Notes: generated from the letters alone by a model not told the origin. 39,623 nucleotides of DNA from Pseudomonadota bacterium (GCA_029780415.1 JAKOYN010000073.1:1-39623); one strand, 5' to 3'; positions 10,901 through 21,603 are shown, numbered from the stretch's first letter. Translations and numbers: made by a program.

Positions 10901-11860
10901 ATGTCACGCAGTAGAACGGTGGCCGTCTATACCGGCGAAGAACTGGGCCGCTACGGATTCGAAGACCATCCTTTCGGAGAAGATCGCATCCACGCCTTCT
11001 GGGATGAGATGCACCTGCGCCATCTCGACTACCAGGTTCGCGTCTTCCACCCGGCGCTGGCCAGTGAGGATCAACTCAAGCTGTTTCATACTGTCGAGTA
11101 CGTCGACAAGGTCAAGACCCTGTCCGAAGCCGGCGAGGGCCTGCTCGACTACGGCGATACCCCGGCCTACAAGGGCGTGTTCGAGGACGCAGCCACCGTA
11201 GTCGGCACGGTAGTGGATGCCACTCGCAAGCTGATGAACAGCGAGGCGAGGCGCATCTTCGTACCCATCGCCGGCCTGCACCACAGCATGCCCGACACCG
11301 CCGCCGGTTTCTGCGTGTTCAACGATGTTGGCGTGGCGATCAAAATCCTGCAGCAGGAGTATGGCCTGGAGCGTATCGCCTATGTCGATATCGACGCCCA
11401 TCATGGCGATGGTCTGTTCTATCCCTTTGAATCCGATCCGACGGTGATCTTCGCCGACATCCACGAGGATGGCCGCTACAACTTCCCGCAAAGCGGCTTT
11501 CCGCACGAAATCGGCAAGGGCGAGGCCAAGGGCCGCAAGCTCAACATCCCGCTGCTGCCGCTGTCAGCCGATGACGATTTCATGATGATGTGGGACAAGG
11601 TCGAGGGCTTCCTGCGCCAGTGGAAACCGCAGTTCATCTTCATGAACTGTGGCGCCGACGGTCTCGACGGTGACCCGCTCGCCCACCTGCACTACTCAGC
11701 CCGCGCCCACGCCCGCGCCGCCCGGGGCCTGTGCCAGATCGCCGAGGAATTTGCCGAGGGCCGCATTCTTGGCGTTGGCGGCGGCGGCTATGAACTGCGC
11801 AATGTCGGCAAGGCCTGGGTGGCTGTGGTTGACGCCTTCCTTGAAGCGCCGATGCCCTAG
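10901..11860 (+). CDS. Histone-deacetylase-family protein (acetoin utilisation AcuC / acetylpolyamine amidohydrolase-like)
   Basis: HDAC-family motifs are present: VDIDAHHGDG, GGGGY. A strong Shine-Dalgarno sequence (aagagagga) precedes ATG 10901. Confidence 0.8.
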   Translation: MSRSRTVAVYTGEELGRYGFEDHPFGEDRIHAFWDEMHLRHLDYQVRVFHPALASEDQLKLFHTVEYVDKVKTLSEAGEGLLDYGDTPAYKGVFEDAATVVGTVVDATRKLMNSEARRIFVPIAGLHHSMPDTAAGFCVFNDVGVAIKILQQEYGLERIAYVDIDAHHGDGLFYPFESDPTVIFADIHEDGRYNFPQSGFPHEIGKGEAKGRKLNIPLLPLSADDDFMMMWDKVEGFLRQWKPQFIFMNCGADGLDGDPLAHLHYSARAHARAARGLCQIAEEFAEGRILGVGGGGYELRNVGKAWVAVVDAFLEAPMP

Positions 11861-12159
11861 ATCCCCTGCCTGATTCCGTAGAATCCTGCGGAACAATTTA
11901 CTTGAGTTAACACGCCCAAACATGGGCCCCGTGCTGTTTGCGTACCGGCAGGGATCCGGAAACGCCCGCATATCGACCAGTCCCGCCATTTTTTACCATG
12001 GCCGACCCGTCACACCGGGTCGCGCCGTATTTCCGTTCTGCCGCTGATGGGCGAATTTTGCCCCGACCGGTGGCAAGATCAGGTATGATTGTCCGCTTTC
12101 CATGATCTGCCCGCTGTTGACCCTGGGGAAACTGCGGGCGCTCTTTGCAGAGGTCGCGA

Positions 12160-13413
12160 ATGTTCAGTCGAGAGATGCGGATCGCCGGTTTTGACAACGA
12201 GTTGTGGGCCGCCCTGCAGGGCGAGCGGCAACGCCAGGAAGACCACATCGAGCTGATCGCCTCGGAAAACTACGCCAGTCCACGGGTACTTGAAGCCCAG
12301 GGTTCGGTGCTGACCAACAAATACGCCGAAGGCTATCCGGGCAAGCGCTACTATGGGGGTTGCGAATTCGTCGACATCGCCGAGCAACTGGCGATCGACC
12401 GCGCCAAACAACTGTTCGGCGCCGCCTATGCCAACGTCCAGCCGCATTCCGGCTCACAGGCCAATGCTGCGGTTTACATGGCGCTGCTGGAACCGGGCGA
12501 TGCCGTGCTCGGCATGAGCCTGGCGCACGGCGGCCACCTCACCCACGGCGCCAAGGTCAACTTCTCCGGGCGCCTGTACCAGGCAGCGCAGTACGGCCTT
12601 GACGAAGCCACCGGCGAGATCGATTACGCCCAGGTGGAATGCCTGGCGCTGGAGCACCGGCCGAAAATGATCGTCGCGGGCTTCTCCGCCTACTCGCGGG
12701 TCATCGACTGGGCGCGCTTCCGCGCCATCGCCGATCAGGTTGGCGCCTACCTGTTTGTCGATATGGCGCACGTCGCCGGACTGGTCGCGGCTGGCGTCTA
12801 TCCCAGCCCGGTAGCGGTCGCCGACGTCGTCACCACCACCACCCATAAGACCCTGCGCGGTCCACGTGGCGGCCTGATCCTGGCCCGGTCCAATCCCGAG
12901 ATCGAGAAGAAACTCAACTCGCTGGTGTTTCCCGGCACCCAGGGCGGCCCCTTGATGCATGTCATCGCCGCCAAGGCGGTGGCCTTCAAGGAAGCGTTGT
13001 CTCCGGAATTCGTCGCCTATCAGCAGCAGGTAGTCGCCAATGCCCGGGCCATGGCCGGAGTCTTCATCGAGCGCGGCTACGACATCGTCTCCGGCGGCAC
13101 TGATAATCACCTGTTCCTGGTTAGCCTGATCGCCAAGGGCCTGACCGGCAAGGCCGCCGACGCCGCACTGGGCCGCGCCTGGATCACCGTCAACAAGAAC
13201 GCCGTGCCCAACGATCCGCAGTCGCCCTTCGTGACCAGCGGCATCCGCATCGGTTCGCCGGCGATCACCACCCGTGGTTTCCAGGAACGCGAGTGCCGCG
13301 AACTGACCGGCTGGATCTGCGACATCCTTGATGATCTTGGCAACGAAGCGGTGATTGAGCGGGTGCGCAGCCAGGTGCAGACGCTGTGCGCACGCTTCCC
13401 GGTCTACGGCTGA
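12160..13413 (+). CDS. glyA: Serine hydroxymethyltransferase
   Basis: The N-terminus, [16 protein letters not shown], and the lysine-bearing [14 protein letters not shown] region are canonical for GlyA. Length is 417 aa. Confidence 0.95.
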   Translation: MFSREMRIAGFDNELWAALQGERQRQEDHIELIASENYASPRVLEAQGSVLTNKYAEGYPGKRYYGGCEFVDIAEQLAIDRAKQLFGAAYANVQPHSGSQANAAVYMALLEPGDAVLGMSLAHGGHLTHGAKVNFSGRLYQAAQYGLDEATGEIDYAQVECLALEHRPKMIVAGFSAYSRVIDWARFRAIADQVGAYLFVDMAHVAGLVAAGVYPSPVAVADVVTTTTHKTLRGPRGGLILARSNPEIEKKLNSLVFPGTQGGPLMHVIAAKAVAFKEALSPEFVAYQQQVVANARAMAGVFIERGYDIVSGGTDNHLFLVSLIAKGLTGKAADAALGRAWITVNKNAVPNDPQSPFVTSGIRIGSPAITTRGFQERECRELTGWICDILDDLGNEAVIERVRSQVQTLCARFPVYG

Positions 13414-13441
13414 AACCGCAGCCGGCAGCGGACGCACGGCA

Positions 13442-13915
13442 GTGCACTGCCCGTTCTGCGGCACACCCGATACCCGGGTGATCGACTCGCGGCTGTCGGC
13501 GGAAGGCGATAAAGTGCGCCGCCGCCGCGAGTGCCTGCGCTGCAACGCCCGCTTCACCACCTACGAAGTCGCCGAACTGCTGATGCCGCCAGTGGTGAAG
13601 CGCGACGGGCGTCGCGAACCGTTCCTGGATGAAAAACTGCGCACCGGGCTGATGCGGGCGCTGGAAAAACGCCCGGTGAGCGCCGAGCGTATCGAGGAAC
13701 TGTTGCAGCGGATTCGCAACCGCGCCCGTGCCAGCAGTGAACGCGAGCTGAGCAGCCGGCAGATCGGTGAATGGGTCATGGATGAACTGCGCCAGATCGA
13801 CCCGGTCGCCTACGTGCGCTTTGCCTCGGTCTACCGCAGCTTCGAGGATGTCAACGCCTTCCGCGAGGAAATCGAGCGCCTGCAGACGCCGCCCGGCGCG
13901 CCGGACAACCGCTGA
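13442..13915 (+). CDS. nrdR: Transcriptional repressor NrdR (GTG start)
   Basis: VHCPFCG...[16 protein letters not shown] is the NrdR zinc ribbon, followed by an ATP-cone. The GTG start was chosen to match the canonical MxCPFC N-terminus. The upstream ATG would overlap glyA. Confidence 0.85.
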   Translation: MHCPFCGTPDTRVIDSRLSAEGDKVRRRRECLRCNARFTTYEVAELLMPPVVKRDGRREPFLDEKLRTGLMRALEKRPVSAERIEELLQRIRNRARASSERELSSRQIGEWVMDELRQIDPVAYVRFASVYRSFEDVNAFREEIERLQTPPGAPDNR

Positions 13916-15006
13916 TGTCATCCGCTGATTACCGCCACATGGCGCGTGCCCTGAGCTTGGCGCAGCGCGGCCTGTACAGCACCGATCCCAACCCGCGGGT
14001 CGGCTGTGTGCTGGTGCGTGAGGGCGAAATCGTCGGCGAGGGCTGGCATGAGCGCGCCGGTGAAGCACATGCCGAGATCCACGCCCTGCGGCAGGCGGGC
14101 GAACGGGCCCGGGGGGCAACGGCCTATGTCACCCTCGAACCCTGTTGTCATCACGGACGCACCCCGCCCTGCAGCACGGCACTGCTTGATGCCGGCGTAG
14201 CCCGGGTGGTCGCGGCGATGGCCGATCCCAACCCCCGCGTCGCCGGTCAGGGACTGGCGCAGTTGCGCGAGGCCGGCGTGGTCGTCGCCTGCGGGCTGCT
14301 GGAAGCCGAGGCGCGGGCGCTGAATCCGGGTTTCATCCTGCGCATGACCGCCGGCCGGCCTGTGGTGCGCCTTAAGCTGGCGATGAGCCTGGACGGGCGC
14401 ACCGCGCTGGCTTCGGGTGAAAGCCAATGGCTGACCGGCACAGCGGCACGGCAGGATGTGCAAAGACTGCGGGCGCGGAGTTCGGCTATCTTGACCGGCA
14501 TTGGCACGCTGCTGGCCGATGATCCCGGTTTGAACGTGCGCCTGCCGGATGCGCTACGCCAGCCGCTGCGGGTGATCCTCGACAGCGCCCTGCGCACACC
14601 GCCCACGGCCAGGACCCTGCAGCTCCCCGGCAGGGTGCTGATTTTCACTGCCGTGACGGATAGCGGCTTGCACACCCCCCTGCAGGCAGCGGGGGCGCAT
14701 CTGGTCGTCACGCCCTGCGCCGCCGGGCCGGGGCTGGATCTGCACGCAGTCATGGCAGAACTCGCCCGCCGCGAGTGTAACGAAATCCATGTCGAGTGTG
14801 GCCCGACCCTGGCCGGTGCCTTGTTGCAGGCCCATCTGGTTGATGAACTGGTGGTGTACATGGCGCCCATTCTGCTCGGCGATCAGGCACGCGCTCTATT
14901 CCGACTGCCGGAATTGATGCGGATGCAGGAACGGCGCGCACTGGAGATCGTCGAAACCCGTGCAGTAGGTCAGGATTGGCGACTGCGCTTGCGGCCCGCG
15001 CCCTAG
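13915..15006 (+). CDS. ribD: Bifunctional riboflavin biosynthesis deaminase/reductase
   Basis: The deaminase motif HAEIHAL...PCCHHGRTPPC (zinc-binding CDA fold) is followed by a reductase domain. The ATG overlaps the nrdR stop codon. Confidence 0.9.
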   Translation: MSSADYRHMARALSLAQRGLYSTDPNPRVGCVLVREGEIVGEGWHERAGEAHAEIHALRQAGERARGATAYVTLEPCCHHGRTPPCSTALLDAGVARVVAAMADPNPRVAGQGLAQLREAGVVVACGLLEAEARALNPGFILRMTAGRPVVRLKLAMSLDGRTALASGESQWLTGTAARQDVQRLRARSSAILTGIGTLLADDPGLNVRLPDALRQPLRVILDSALRTPPTARTLQLPGRVLIFTAVTDSGLHTPLQAAGAHLVVTPCAAGPGLDLHAVMAELARRECNEIHVECGPTLAGALLQAHLVDELVVYMAPILLGDQARALFRLPELMRMQERRALEIVETRAVGQDWRLRLRPAP

Positions 15007-15105
15007 CTGCACTGCCTGTCATCGCCTGAACTGTGGCGCATTCAGCACAACCATGACCCCAACAGCACACTGCCCGCTCTTTAAGGTTTCCAGAAGGATA
15101 TTGCC

Positions 15106-15765
15106 ATGTTCACCGGCATCATCACCGCAGTCGGAACCCTCACCGCGATCCAGCCACGCGGCGGCGATGTCCGTCTGCGCATCGCCACTGGCCGGCTGGA
15201 CCTGCGCGACGTGCAGCTTGGCGACAGCATCGCGGTCAGCGGTGTCTGTCTGACCGCTGTCGAACTGCCCGGCGATGGCTTCTGGGCGGATGTCTCACGT
15301 GAAACCCTTGACCACACCATCCTCGGTGACGCCGCGCCGGGCATGACGGTCAATCTGGAAAAGGCCCTGACCCCAACCACGCGCCTGGGCGGCCACCTGG
15401 TCAGCGGCCACGTCGACGGCGTCGGCACCGTGAGCGAATGGCGCCCGGATGGCCGTTCCTGGCGCCTGCGCATTCAGGCCCCGGACGCGCTGGCCCGCTA
15501 CATCGCCGCCAAGGGCTCGATCTGCATCGACGGCATCAGCTTGACCGTCAACCGGGTCGACGGCGCCGCCTTTGAACTCAACATCGTCCCGCACACCCTG
15601 GCGGAAACCACCCTCGCCACCTGCAAGGTCGGCCGGCGGGTCAATCTGGAAGTCGATCTGATCGCCCGCTACCTGGAACGGCTGCTGCTCGGCGAACGCG
15701 CCGCCCAGCCCAGCAGCGGCGCACTCAGCGAAGCCCTGCTACGCGAACACGGGTTCTGGAACTAG
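15106..15765 (+). CDS. ribE: Riboflavin synthase alpha chain
   Basis: [12 protein letters not shown] and the internally duplicated lumazine-binding halves are typical of riboflavin synthase. Length is 219 aa. Confidence 0.9.
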   Translation: MFTGIITAVGTLTAIQPRGGDVRLRIATGRLDLRDVQLGDSIAVSGVCLTAVELPGDGFWADVSRETLDHTILGDAAPGMTVNLEKALTPTTRLGGHLVSGHVDGVGTVSEWRPDGRSWRLRIQAPDALARYIAAKGSICIDGISLTVNRVDGAAFELNIVPHTLAETTLATCKVGRRVNLEVDLIARYLERLLLGERAAQPSSGALSEALLREHGFWN

Positions 15766-15768
15766 ATC

Positions 15769-16872
15769 ATGGCACTCAACAGCATCGATGAAATCCTCGC
15801 CGACCTGCGGCAGGGCAAGATGGTCATCATCATGGATGACGAGGACCGCGAAAACGAAGGCGACCTGCTGATGGCGGCGCCGCTGGTCCGCCCCGAGGAC
15901 ATCAACTTCATGGCCCGTTACGGGCGCGGACTGATCTGCCTGACCTTGACCCGTGAGCGCTGCCAGCAGTTGCGCCTGCCGCTGATGGTCCAGGACAACG
16001 CCACGCCCTACTCGACCAATTTCACCGTCTCGGTCGAGGCGGCCGAGGGCGTCACCACCGGCATTTCCGCCTATGATCGCGCCCACACCATTCGCACTGC
16101 GGTGCGCCCCGATGCCCGCCCCGAAGATCTGGTGCAGCCCGGGCACATCTTCCCGCTGATGGCCCAGCCCGGCGGCGTGCTGACCCGCGCCGGGCATACC
16201 GAAGCCGGCTGCGACCTGGTCCGGCTGGCCGGCCTGGAACCGGCGGCGGTGATCGTCGAAATTCTCAATGAAGACGGCACCATGGCGCGGCGGCCTGATC
16301 TGGAGCTGTTCGCCGGACGTCACGACCTGAAAATCGGCACCATTGCCGACCTGATCCGCTACCGGATACAGAACGAGAAAACCGTCGAGCGGGTCGCCGA
16401 TGCGGTGATGAACACCGAGTTTGGCCCGTTCCGGGTGCTCACTTATCAGGACGTAGTCAGCAAGCAGGTGCATTTCGCTCTGGTCAAGGGCGAGATTCAG
16501 GCCGAGCAGCCGGCGCTGGTGCGCGTGCACGTCCAGCACCTGCTCAGCGATCTGCTGGCCCTGCGGCTGGCTGACAGCGGCTGGCCGCTGCGCGATGCTC
16601 TGCAGCGGGTGGCGAACGCACCCGCCGGGGTTCTGGTGTTCCTCAGCCGCCAGGAAGACCCGACGACCCTGATCCGGCGCATGCGCAGCTACCAGCTCGA
16701 AGCCGGCGACACCGCCCGCAGCGTCGACTACACCACTGCGCTGCGCACCTACGGCATCGGCGCGCAGATCCTGCTTGATATCGGCGTGCGGCGCATGCAG
16801 GTGCTCAGTGCGCCCAAGCGCCTCACCGGCCTGTCCGGCTTCAACCTGGAAGTGGTTGAATACATTTCCTGA
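15769..16872 (+). CDS. ribBA: 3,4-dihydroxy-2-butanone-4-phosphate synthase with a GTP cyclohydrolase II-like C-terminal domain
   Basis: The N-terminus, [20 protein letters not shown], is the DHBP synthase signature. The 367-aa two-domain length is consistent with RibBA. Confidence 0.85.
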   Translation: MALNSIDEILADLRQGKMVIIMDDEDRENEGDLLMAAPLVRPEDINFMARYGRGLICLTLTRERCQQLRLPLMVQDNATPYSTNFTVSVEAAEGVTTGISAYDRAHTIRTAVRPDARPEDLVQPGHIFPLMAQPGGVLTRAGHTEAGCDLVRLAGLEPAAVIVEILNEDGTMARRPDLELFAGRHDLKIGTIADLIRYRIQNEKTVERVADAVMNTEFGPFRVLTYQDVVSKQVHFALVKGEIQAEQPALVRVHVQHLLSDLLALRLADSGWPLRDALQRVANAPAGVLVFLSRQEDPTTLIRRMRSYQLEAGDTARSVDYTTALRTYGIGAQILLDIGVRRMQVLSAPKRLTGLSGFNLEVVEYIS

Positions 16873-16906
16873 CCACTCATTGCCCAACCGTCACGGACTG
16901 CCCGCC

Positions 16907-17386
16907 ATGTACCCGTTCAAAACCTTTGAAGGTGACTTCACCCCACCCCAGGATGCCCGCTTCGCCCTGGTCGCGGCCCGCTTCAACAGCTTCATCGTGC
17001 AGAGCCTGATCAGCGGCGCCGCCGACGCCTTGCGCCGCCATGGCGTGGCCGATGCCAATATTCATCTGATCTGGGCACCCGGAGCCTTTGAGCTGCCGCT
17101 GGTGGCGCAGCGTCTGGCCGCCAGCGAGCGCTACGATGGCATTGTCGCCCTTGGCGCGGTGATCCGCGGCGGTACCCCGCATTTTGAATACGTCGCCAGC
17201 GAATGCACCAAGGGGCTGGCCAGCGTGGCGCTGGAATATGACCTGCCGATCGGCTTTGGCGTGCTGACCGTGGACAGCATCGATCAGGCAGTGGAACGGG
17301 CTGGCACCAAGGCCGGTAACAAGGGCGCCGATGCTGCGATGTCGGTTCTGGAGATGGTCAGCCTGCTGCACCGGCTGGAAGGTTGA
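16907..17386 (+). CDS. ribH: 6,7-dimethyl-8-ribityllumazine synthase
   Basis: The 159-aa protein with ...[17 protein letters not shown]...GAFELP...HFEYVASE is canonical for RibH. Confidence 0.9.
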   Translation: MYPFKTFEGDFTPPQDARFALVAARFNSFIVQSLISGAADALRRHGVADANIHLIWAPGAFELPLVAQRLAASERYDGIVALGAVIRGGTPHFEYVASECTKGLASVALEYDLPIGFGVLTVDSIDQAVERAGTKAGNKGADAAMSVLEMVSLLHRLEG

Positions 17387-17390
17387 GCCC

Positions 17391-17843
17391 GTGGCTGCTC
17401 CTCCCCGCAAGAACGTGCCCGGCAAGCGCAGCTGGGCACGGCGCTGTGCCCTGCAGGCGCTGTATCAGTGGCAGTTGACCGACCAGGAACCGCGCCTGAT
17501 TGCCAACCAGTTCCTCGCTGACGAGGATCTCGGCAAGGCCGACCCGGACTATTTTCGCGAACTGCTCCATCAGGTTCCGGCGCAACTGGCCGCGATCGAT
17601 GCCGCCCTGAGTCCGTTTCTCGACCGACCGATGTCCCAGGTTGATCCGGTGGAACGCGCCATCCTGCGCATTGGCGGCTATGAGCTGATGCAGCAGCCCG
17701 GCACCGCCTACCGGATCATCATCAACGAGGCAGTGGAACTGGCCAAGATCTTTGGCGCCGAACAGGGCCACCGCTTTGTCAACGGTGTGCTCGACAAGGT
17801 AGCGCGCGCCGTGCGGCCGGTGGAATTCGCGACGCGCTCCTGA
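17391..17843 (+). CDS. nusB: Transcription antitermination factor NusB (GTG start)
   Basis: RRCALQALYQWQLT...VERAILRIGGYEL is the NusB signature. The GTG start was chosen because the longer ATG ORF would overlap ribH. Confidence 0.85.
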   Translation: MAAPPRKNVPGKRSWARRCALQALYQWQLTDQEPRLIANQFLADEDLGKADPDYFRELLHQVPAQLAAIDAALSPFLDRPMSQVDPVERAILRIGGYELMQQPGTAYRIIINEAVELAKIFGAEQGHRFVNGVLDKVARAVRPVEFATRS

Positions 17844-17887
17844 ACCCGGCGGGGCGTAGCCGCAAACCGTACCACGCCCCGCGCCGC

Positions 17888-19774
17888 TCACAGTTCGGCC
17901 AGATTACCCTTCTCCTCCAGCCAGTTCTTGCGATCACCGGCGCGCTTTTTCGCCAGCAGCAGATCCATCAGCGCCAGGGTCGTATCGGCACCATCCAGGG
18001 TCAACTGCACCAGGCGCCGGGTGGCCGGGTCCATGGTGGTTTCACGCAGTTGCAGCGGATTCATCTCACCCAGGCCCTTAAAGCGGGTGACATTGACCTT
18101 GCCTTTCTTCTTCTCGGCAGCGATGCGATCAAGAATGCCCTGCTTCTCGGCCTCGTCCAGGGCATAGAACACCTCCTTGCCAACATCGATCCGGAACAGC
18201 GGTGGCATGGCCACATGCACATGGCCCGCCGCTACCAGCGGCCGGAAGTGGCGCACGAACAGCGCGCACAGCAGGGTGGCAATGTGCAGCCCGTCGGAAT
18301 CAGCGTCGGCGAGGATACACACCTTGCCATAGCGCAGCCCGCCCAGCTCCTCGGCGCCGGGATCAATACCGATCGCCACGGCGATATCGTGTACTTCCTG
18401 CGAGGCCATCACCTCGGCCGAATCGACTTCCCAGGTGTTGAGAATCTTGCCGCGCAGGGGCATCACTGCCTGGAATTCGCGGTTACGCGCCTGCTTGGCC
18501 GAGCCACCGGCGGAATCGCCCTCGACCAGAAACAGCTCGGTGCGCGCCAGATCCTGCGCGGTGCAGTCGGTGAGCTTACCGGGCAGCGCCGGGCCACTGG
18601 TGACCTGTTTGCGCACCACCTTGCGGCTGGCGCGCAGACGCCTGTGGGCATTAGCCAGCGCCAGTTGCGCGATGCGCTCGCCCATCTCGGGGTGCTGATT
18701 CAGCCACAGGCTCAGCGCGTCCTTGACCACGCCGGCGACGAACACCGCGCATTCGCGCGAGGACAGCCGTTCCTTGGTCTGGCCGGAGAACTGCGGATCA
18801 GCCAGCTTGACCGAGAGCACATAGCAGCAGCCTTCCCAGACATCTTCCGGGGCGATGCGCAGGCCGCGCGGTACCAGATTGCGGAACTCGCAAAATTCGC
18901 GCACCGCATCGGTCAGGCCGCCGCGCAGACCGTTGACATGCGTGCCGCCCTGCGGGGTGGGAATCAGGTTGACATAGCTTTCCATGACCGGCTCGCCACC
19001 GTCCGGCAGCCAGGTCAGCGCCCAGTCGGCGGCTTCATGGGCGCTGCTGACGTGGCCGACAAACGGTGGATCAGGCAACAACGCGGTCTGACCGAGTGCC
19101 TCGCGCAGGTAATCGGTAAAGCCATCCTGGTAATGCCAGATGATCTGCTCGCCGCTAGCCTCGTCGCTGAAGCTGACCTTCAGCCCCGGACACAGCACAG
19201 CCTTGGCGCGCAGCACATGCTTAAGGCGCGACACGGAGAATTTGGGTGCATCGAAATAGCGCGCATCAGGCCAGAAACGCACCGTGGTGCCGGTGATCCG
19301 GCGCGCCACCGTGCCGACCTCGGCCAGATCGGACACCTTGTCGCCGCCGGCAAAGGCGATGTGATACTGGCGACCGTTGCGCCGCACCCAGACCTCAAGA
19401 CGGCTGGACAGGGCATTCACCACCGACACGCCCACACCGTGCAGGCCACCGGAAAACTGGTAATTGCGGTTGGAAAACTTACCGCCGGCATGCAGACGGG
19501 TCAGGATCAGTTCGACGCCGGGAATGCCTTCCTCGGGGTGAATATCGACCGGCATGCCGCGGCCATCGTCCTCGACTGAGAGCGAGCCGTCGGCATACAG
19601 CACCACGCTGATGGCGCGGGCGTGGCCGGCGATGGCCTCATCGACGCTGTTGTCGATCACTTCCTGAGCCAGGTGGTTGGGCCGGCTGGTATCGGTGTAC
19701 ATGCCGGGGCGCTTGCGGACTGGGTCCAGACCGCTGAGGACTTCGATGGCGGAGGCGTCGTAGGACGTGTTCAT
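17888..19774 (-). CDS. parE: DNA topoisomerase IV subunit B
   Basis: The type II topoisomerase ATPase domain (MNTSYDASAIEVLSGLDPVRKRPGMYT) and Toprim domain are present. The ~628-aa length fits ParE rather than the ~800-aa GyrB. Confidence 0.85.
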   Translation of the reverse strand: MNTSYDASAIEVLSGLDPVRKRPGMYTDTSRPNHLAQEVIDNSVDEAIAGHARAISVVLYADGSLSVEDDGRGMPVDIHPEEGIPGVELILTRLHAGGKFSNRNYQFSGGLHGVGVSVVNALSSRLEVWVRRNGRQYHIAFAGGDKVSDLAEVGTVARRITGTTVRFWPDARYFDAPKFSVSRLKHVLRAKAVLCPGLKVSFSDEASGEQIIWHYQDGFTDYLREALGQTALLPDPPFVGHVSSAHEAADWALTWLPDGGEPVMESYVNLIPTPQGGTHVNGLRGGLTDAVREFCEFRNLVPRGLRIAPEDVWEGCCYVLSVKLADPQFSGQTKERLSSRECAVFVAGVVKDALSLWLNQHPEMGERIAQLALANAHRRLRASRKVVRKQVTSGPALPGKLTDCTAQDLARTELFLVEGDSAGGSAKQARNREFQAVMPLRGKILNTWEVDSAEVMASQEVHDIAVAIGIDPGAEELGGLRYGKVCILADADSDGLHIATLLCALFVRHFRPLVAAGHVHVAMPPLFRIDVGKEVFYALDEAEKQGILDRIAAEKKKGKVNVTRFKGLGEMNPLQLRETTMDPATRRLVQLTLDGADTTLALMDLLLAKKRAGDRKNWLEEKGNLAEL

Positions 19775-20121
19775 GAGGCGCGGCGATATCCAGGCACGTT
19801 GAAGTAGCAAGTCCACCCGACCAGTGGACGGCTGCGCATTATACGCAAGGCGGCGTGCCGCAAAACCACCGCTGGACCACGCGCTTCAGGCACCGGCGGC
19901 GCGCTGCGATCACGGCAACCCCCAGCCGATACGGATCGGTACCGACCGACCGCCCGTTTTTCAGACGCTTTTTCATGCCCTGCCCAATCTCCCGCTAACA
20001 CTGCGGATCTGTTTGCTTTTTGCCTACCGAGACACAGCAATGCCCGGCATATTGTCTTTTTTATTGAACAAATGCGCAGGGCCGGTTTGCGCTGGTTATT
20101 GCAGGCTTTTTCCCGAAGGCG

Positions 20122-20140
20122 GAATAAAACCGTTTTATTC
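20122..20140. promoter_or_regulatory. Perfect 19-bp palindrome, a candidate enhancer (UAS) for the sigma-54 activator
   Basis: GAATAAAACcgGTTTTATTC has 9-bp inverted arms with a 1-nt centre. It lies ~65-80 bp upstream of the -24 element, and an AT-rich tract sits between them. Confidence 0.45.
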
Positions 20141-20202
20141 ATGACACAGATTCGATTTACGGTCATTCAATTAATTATTATTAAAAACATCAAGTTAACG
20201 AT

Positions 20203-20218
20203 TGGCACGATGGTTGCT
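20203..20218 (+). promoter_or_regulatory. Sigma-54 (RpoN) promoter, -24/-12 elements
   Basis: TGGCACGatggTTGCT is a perfect match to TGGCACG-N4-TTGCW, with GG at 20204-20205 and GC at 20216-20217. It lies ~84 bp upstream of the ATG of the first small secreted protein gene. Confidence 0.8.
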
Positions 20219-20300
20219 AAATCCTTATCGACGCTGAATCTCTGGCGTCTTCGGTAAAAAGCAAGATGCCCTGCATCACTTCATTATTGGAGGCAATCTC

Positions 20301-20588
20301 ATGAAAACCAAACTGTATAGCGCTATTGTCGGTGCCACTCTGCTGGCCGCTTCCGGTCTGGCCATGGCTGAAACCCCGCTGACCACCAGTCAGATGGACG
20401 GCGTGACTGCGGGTGGCGTCGCCACAGCAACGGCACTCGCGGCAGCGGCGGGCAAATACCTAGCGGCGACCGTAACCGAAACTGAAACCATCGTTCAGGG
20501 TGTGCTGCTGGTGCCGGTACAAGTCGGCAGCATTTGGGTCGTCGGCACAGGCGCGGGATCCTATTCCGAATCCTATGCCCACAATTAG
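20301..20588 (+). CDS. Small secreted protein, paralog 1 (Sec signal peptide plus Ala-Gly leader-like segment)
   Basis: MKTKLYSAIVGATLLAASGLAMA|ETPLTTSQMDGVTAG|GVATATALAAAAG... has an AXA signal-peptidase site followed by the conserved segment L-[ST]-x-x-[QD]-[ML]-D-x-[VI]-[TS]-A-G. A GGAGG Shine-Dalgarno sits 7 nt upstream. It is the first gene after the sigma-54 promoter. Confidence 0.7.
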   Translation: MKTKLYSAIVGATLLAASGLAMAETPLTTSQMDGVTAGGVATATALAAAAGKYLAATVTETETIVQGVLLVPVQVGSIWVVGTGAGSYSESYAHN

Positions 20589-20644
20589 CTCAGCTTTCCG
20601 GCGTAAGCACTAAACATTTGGCTGACTTATTCAGGAGACTCACC

Positions 20645-20959
20645 ATGAAACGTTTCGCGATTCTTGCCGCCGCCGCCCTGCTGGGCGCCACCAGTTATGC
20701 TAATGCCGAGACCGTGCTGTCCGGCCCGCAAATGGATCAGATCAGCGCAGGTCTTTTCGGTCTTGCGATCACCGAAGGCATGGCCATCGCCACCGGTGAT
20801 ATTGGCTCCCTGTCAACCACAAATTCGGTGAGCGGCGTTAATCTGCTTGCTCCAAACCCAATCGCCTATAGCGCGACCGCTAGCGCTGCCATAGCGACCG
20901 GCTTCCTGGGCGCGGTTGCCGGCAGTCAATCGGCAAGTGGCTCGGAGCTCGGCAACTAA
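20645..20959 (+). CDS. Small secreted protein, paralog 2
   Basis: MKRFAILAAAALLGATSYANA|ETVLSGPQMDQISAG|LFGLAITEG... shows the same signal-plus-leader motif. The mature part is Ala/Ser/Thr/Gly-rich. Confidence 0.7.
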   Translation: MKRFAILAAAALLGATSYANAETVLSGPQMDQISAGLFGLAITEGMAIATGDIGSLSTTNSVSGVNLLAPNPIAYSATASAAIATGFLGAVAGSQSASGSELGN

Positions 20960-21044
20960 GTTGCGAGTCTCTCGAAAGAGCGGTTATCAAACCTTGCGGC
21001 GCGATGACCGCTCGCGCACGACTCAAGCATTGGAGATAGACAAC

Positions 21045-21524
21045 ATGATCAAGCATATGCAGTTAAGCGCTCTATCCCTGTGCGCCTTGACCGCGACCGC
21101 TATTGCAGCGCCACCATCACAAAATCCGCTGACACTATCCAGCATTGACCTGGATCGTGTGACCGCAGGCGGCGTCGTCAATGGCGTTGTTACAGCTTCG
21201 GCAATCGCCTACGGTCCATCGGACGCCATAACCGATACCAGTACATTTTCCAGCACGACACTGAGTCCGGGACCCACAGCCGCGCAGAATTCCACATTGG
21301 TTGTAGTTGTCGGTTCAGCAACCGCCTATGGCGGACTCGGCGGCACCACGGCAACGGCAACTGACAGTGCGATTAATTCCGCCACTACCAACACCGTTGG
21401 CCATACCTACGAAATTAGCCTGCAGGGCCATCTCGCTTCATCCTCGACGGTGTTTGCCTATGAGCTCGGTCGCCCCGCGCAACTCGGTCAGGGCGCTAGT
21501 ACACCGGTGGTATCACCGTATTAG
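21045..21524 (+). CDS. Small secreted protein, paralog 3
   Basis: MIKHMQLSALSLCALTATAIA|APPSQNPLTLSSIDLDRVTAG|GVVNG... shows the same motif. The mature part is Thr/Ser/Ala/Gly-rich and low-complexity. Confidence 0.7.
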   Translation: MIKHMQLSALSLCALTATAIAAPPSQNPLTLSSIDLDRVTAGGVVNGVVTASAIAYGPSDAITDTSTFSSTTLSPGPTAAQNSTLVVVVGSATAYGGLGGTTATATDSAINSATTNTVGHTYEISLQGHLASSSTVFAYELGRPAQLGQGASTPVVSPY

Positions 21525-21529
21525 CCGAT

Positions 21530-21553
21530 CAGGCGTCCCTTCCCGGACGCCTG
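21530..21553 (+). terminator. GC-rich hairpin (9-bp stem) just after paralog 3, with no U-tract; a possible partial terminator or attenuator
   Basis: CAGGCGTCC-cttccc-GGACGCCTG starts 6 bp after the stop codon at 21522-21524. Confidence 0.35.
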
Positions 21554-21603
21554 CGCCGTGCGTGTCCCGGCAATTCCTTCTAGACGGCAGGATCGAGATA
21601 CTC

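Noticed and set aside
11861-12159. 300-bp glyA leader with a GACCCG/CGGGTC hairpin, considered as a ZTP (pfl) or other riboswitch
   Set aside because: The conserved ZTP pseudoknot elements (ACUGGCG ... CCGCCUGGGCA) are absent. It is most likely an ordinary regulated 5' UTR.
15007-15105. FMN riboswitch expected near the rib genes
   Set aside because: The intergenic regions before ribE, ribBA and ribH are too short (at most 100 nt) and lack RFN-element conserved boxes. None is present in the window.
19816-20100. Searched for a tRNA or integrase attachment site at the island's left edge
   Set aside because: No cloverleaf-compatible sequence or GGTTCGAATCC-type T-loop was found, only a short GTCCAC/GTGGAC hairpin near the parE start.
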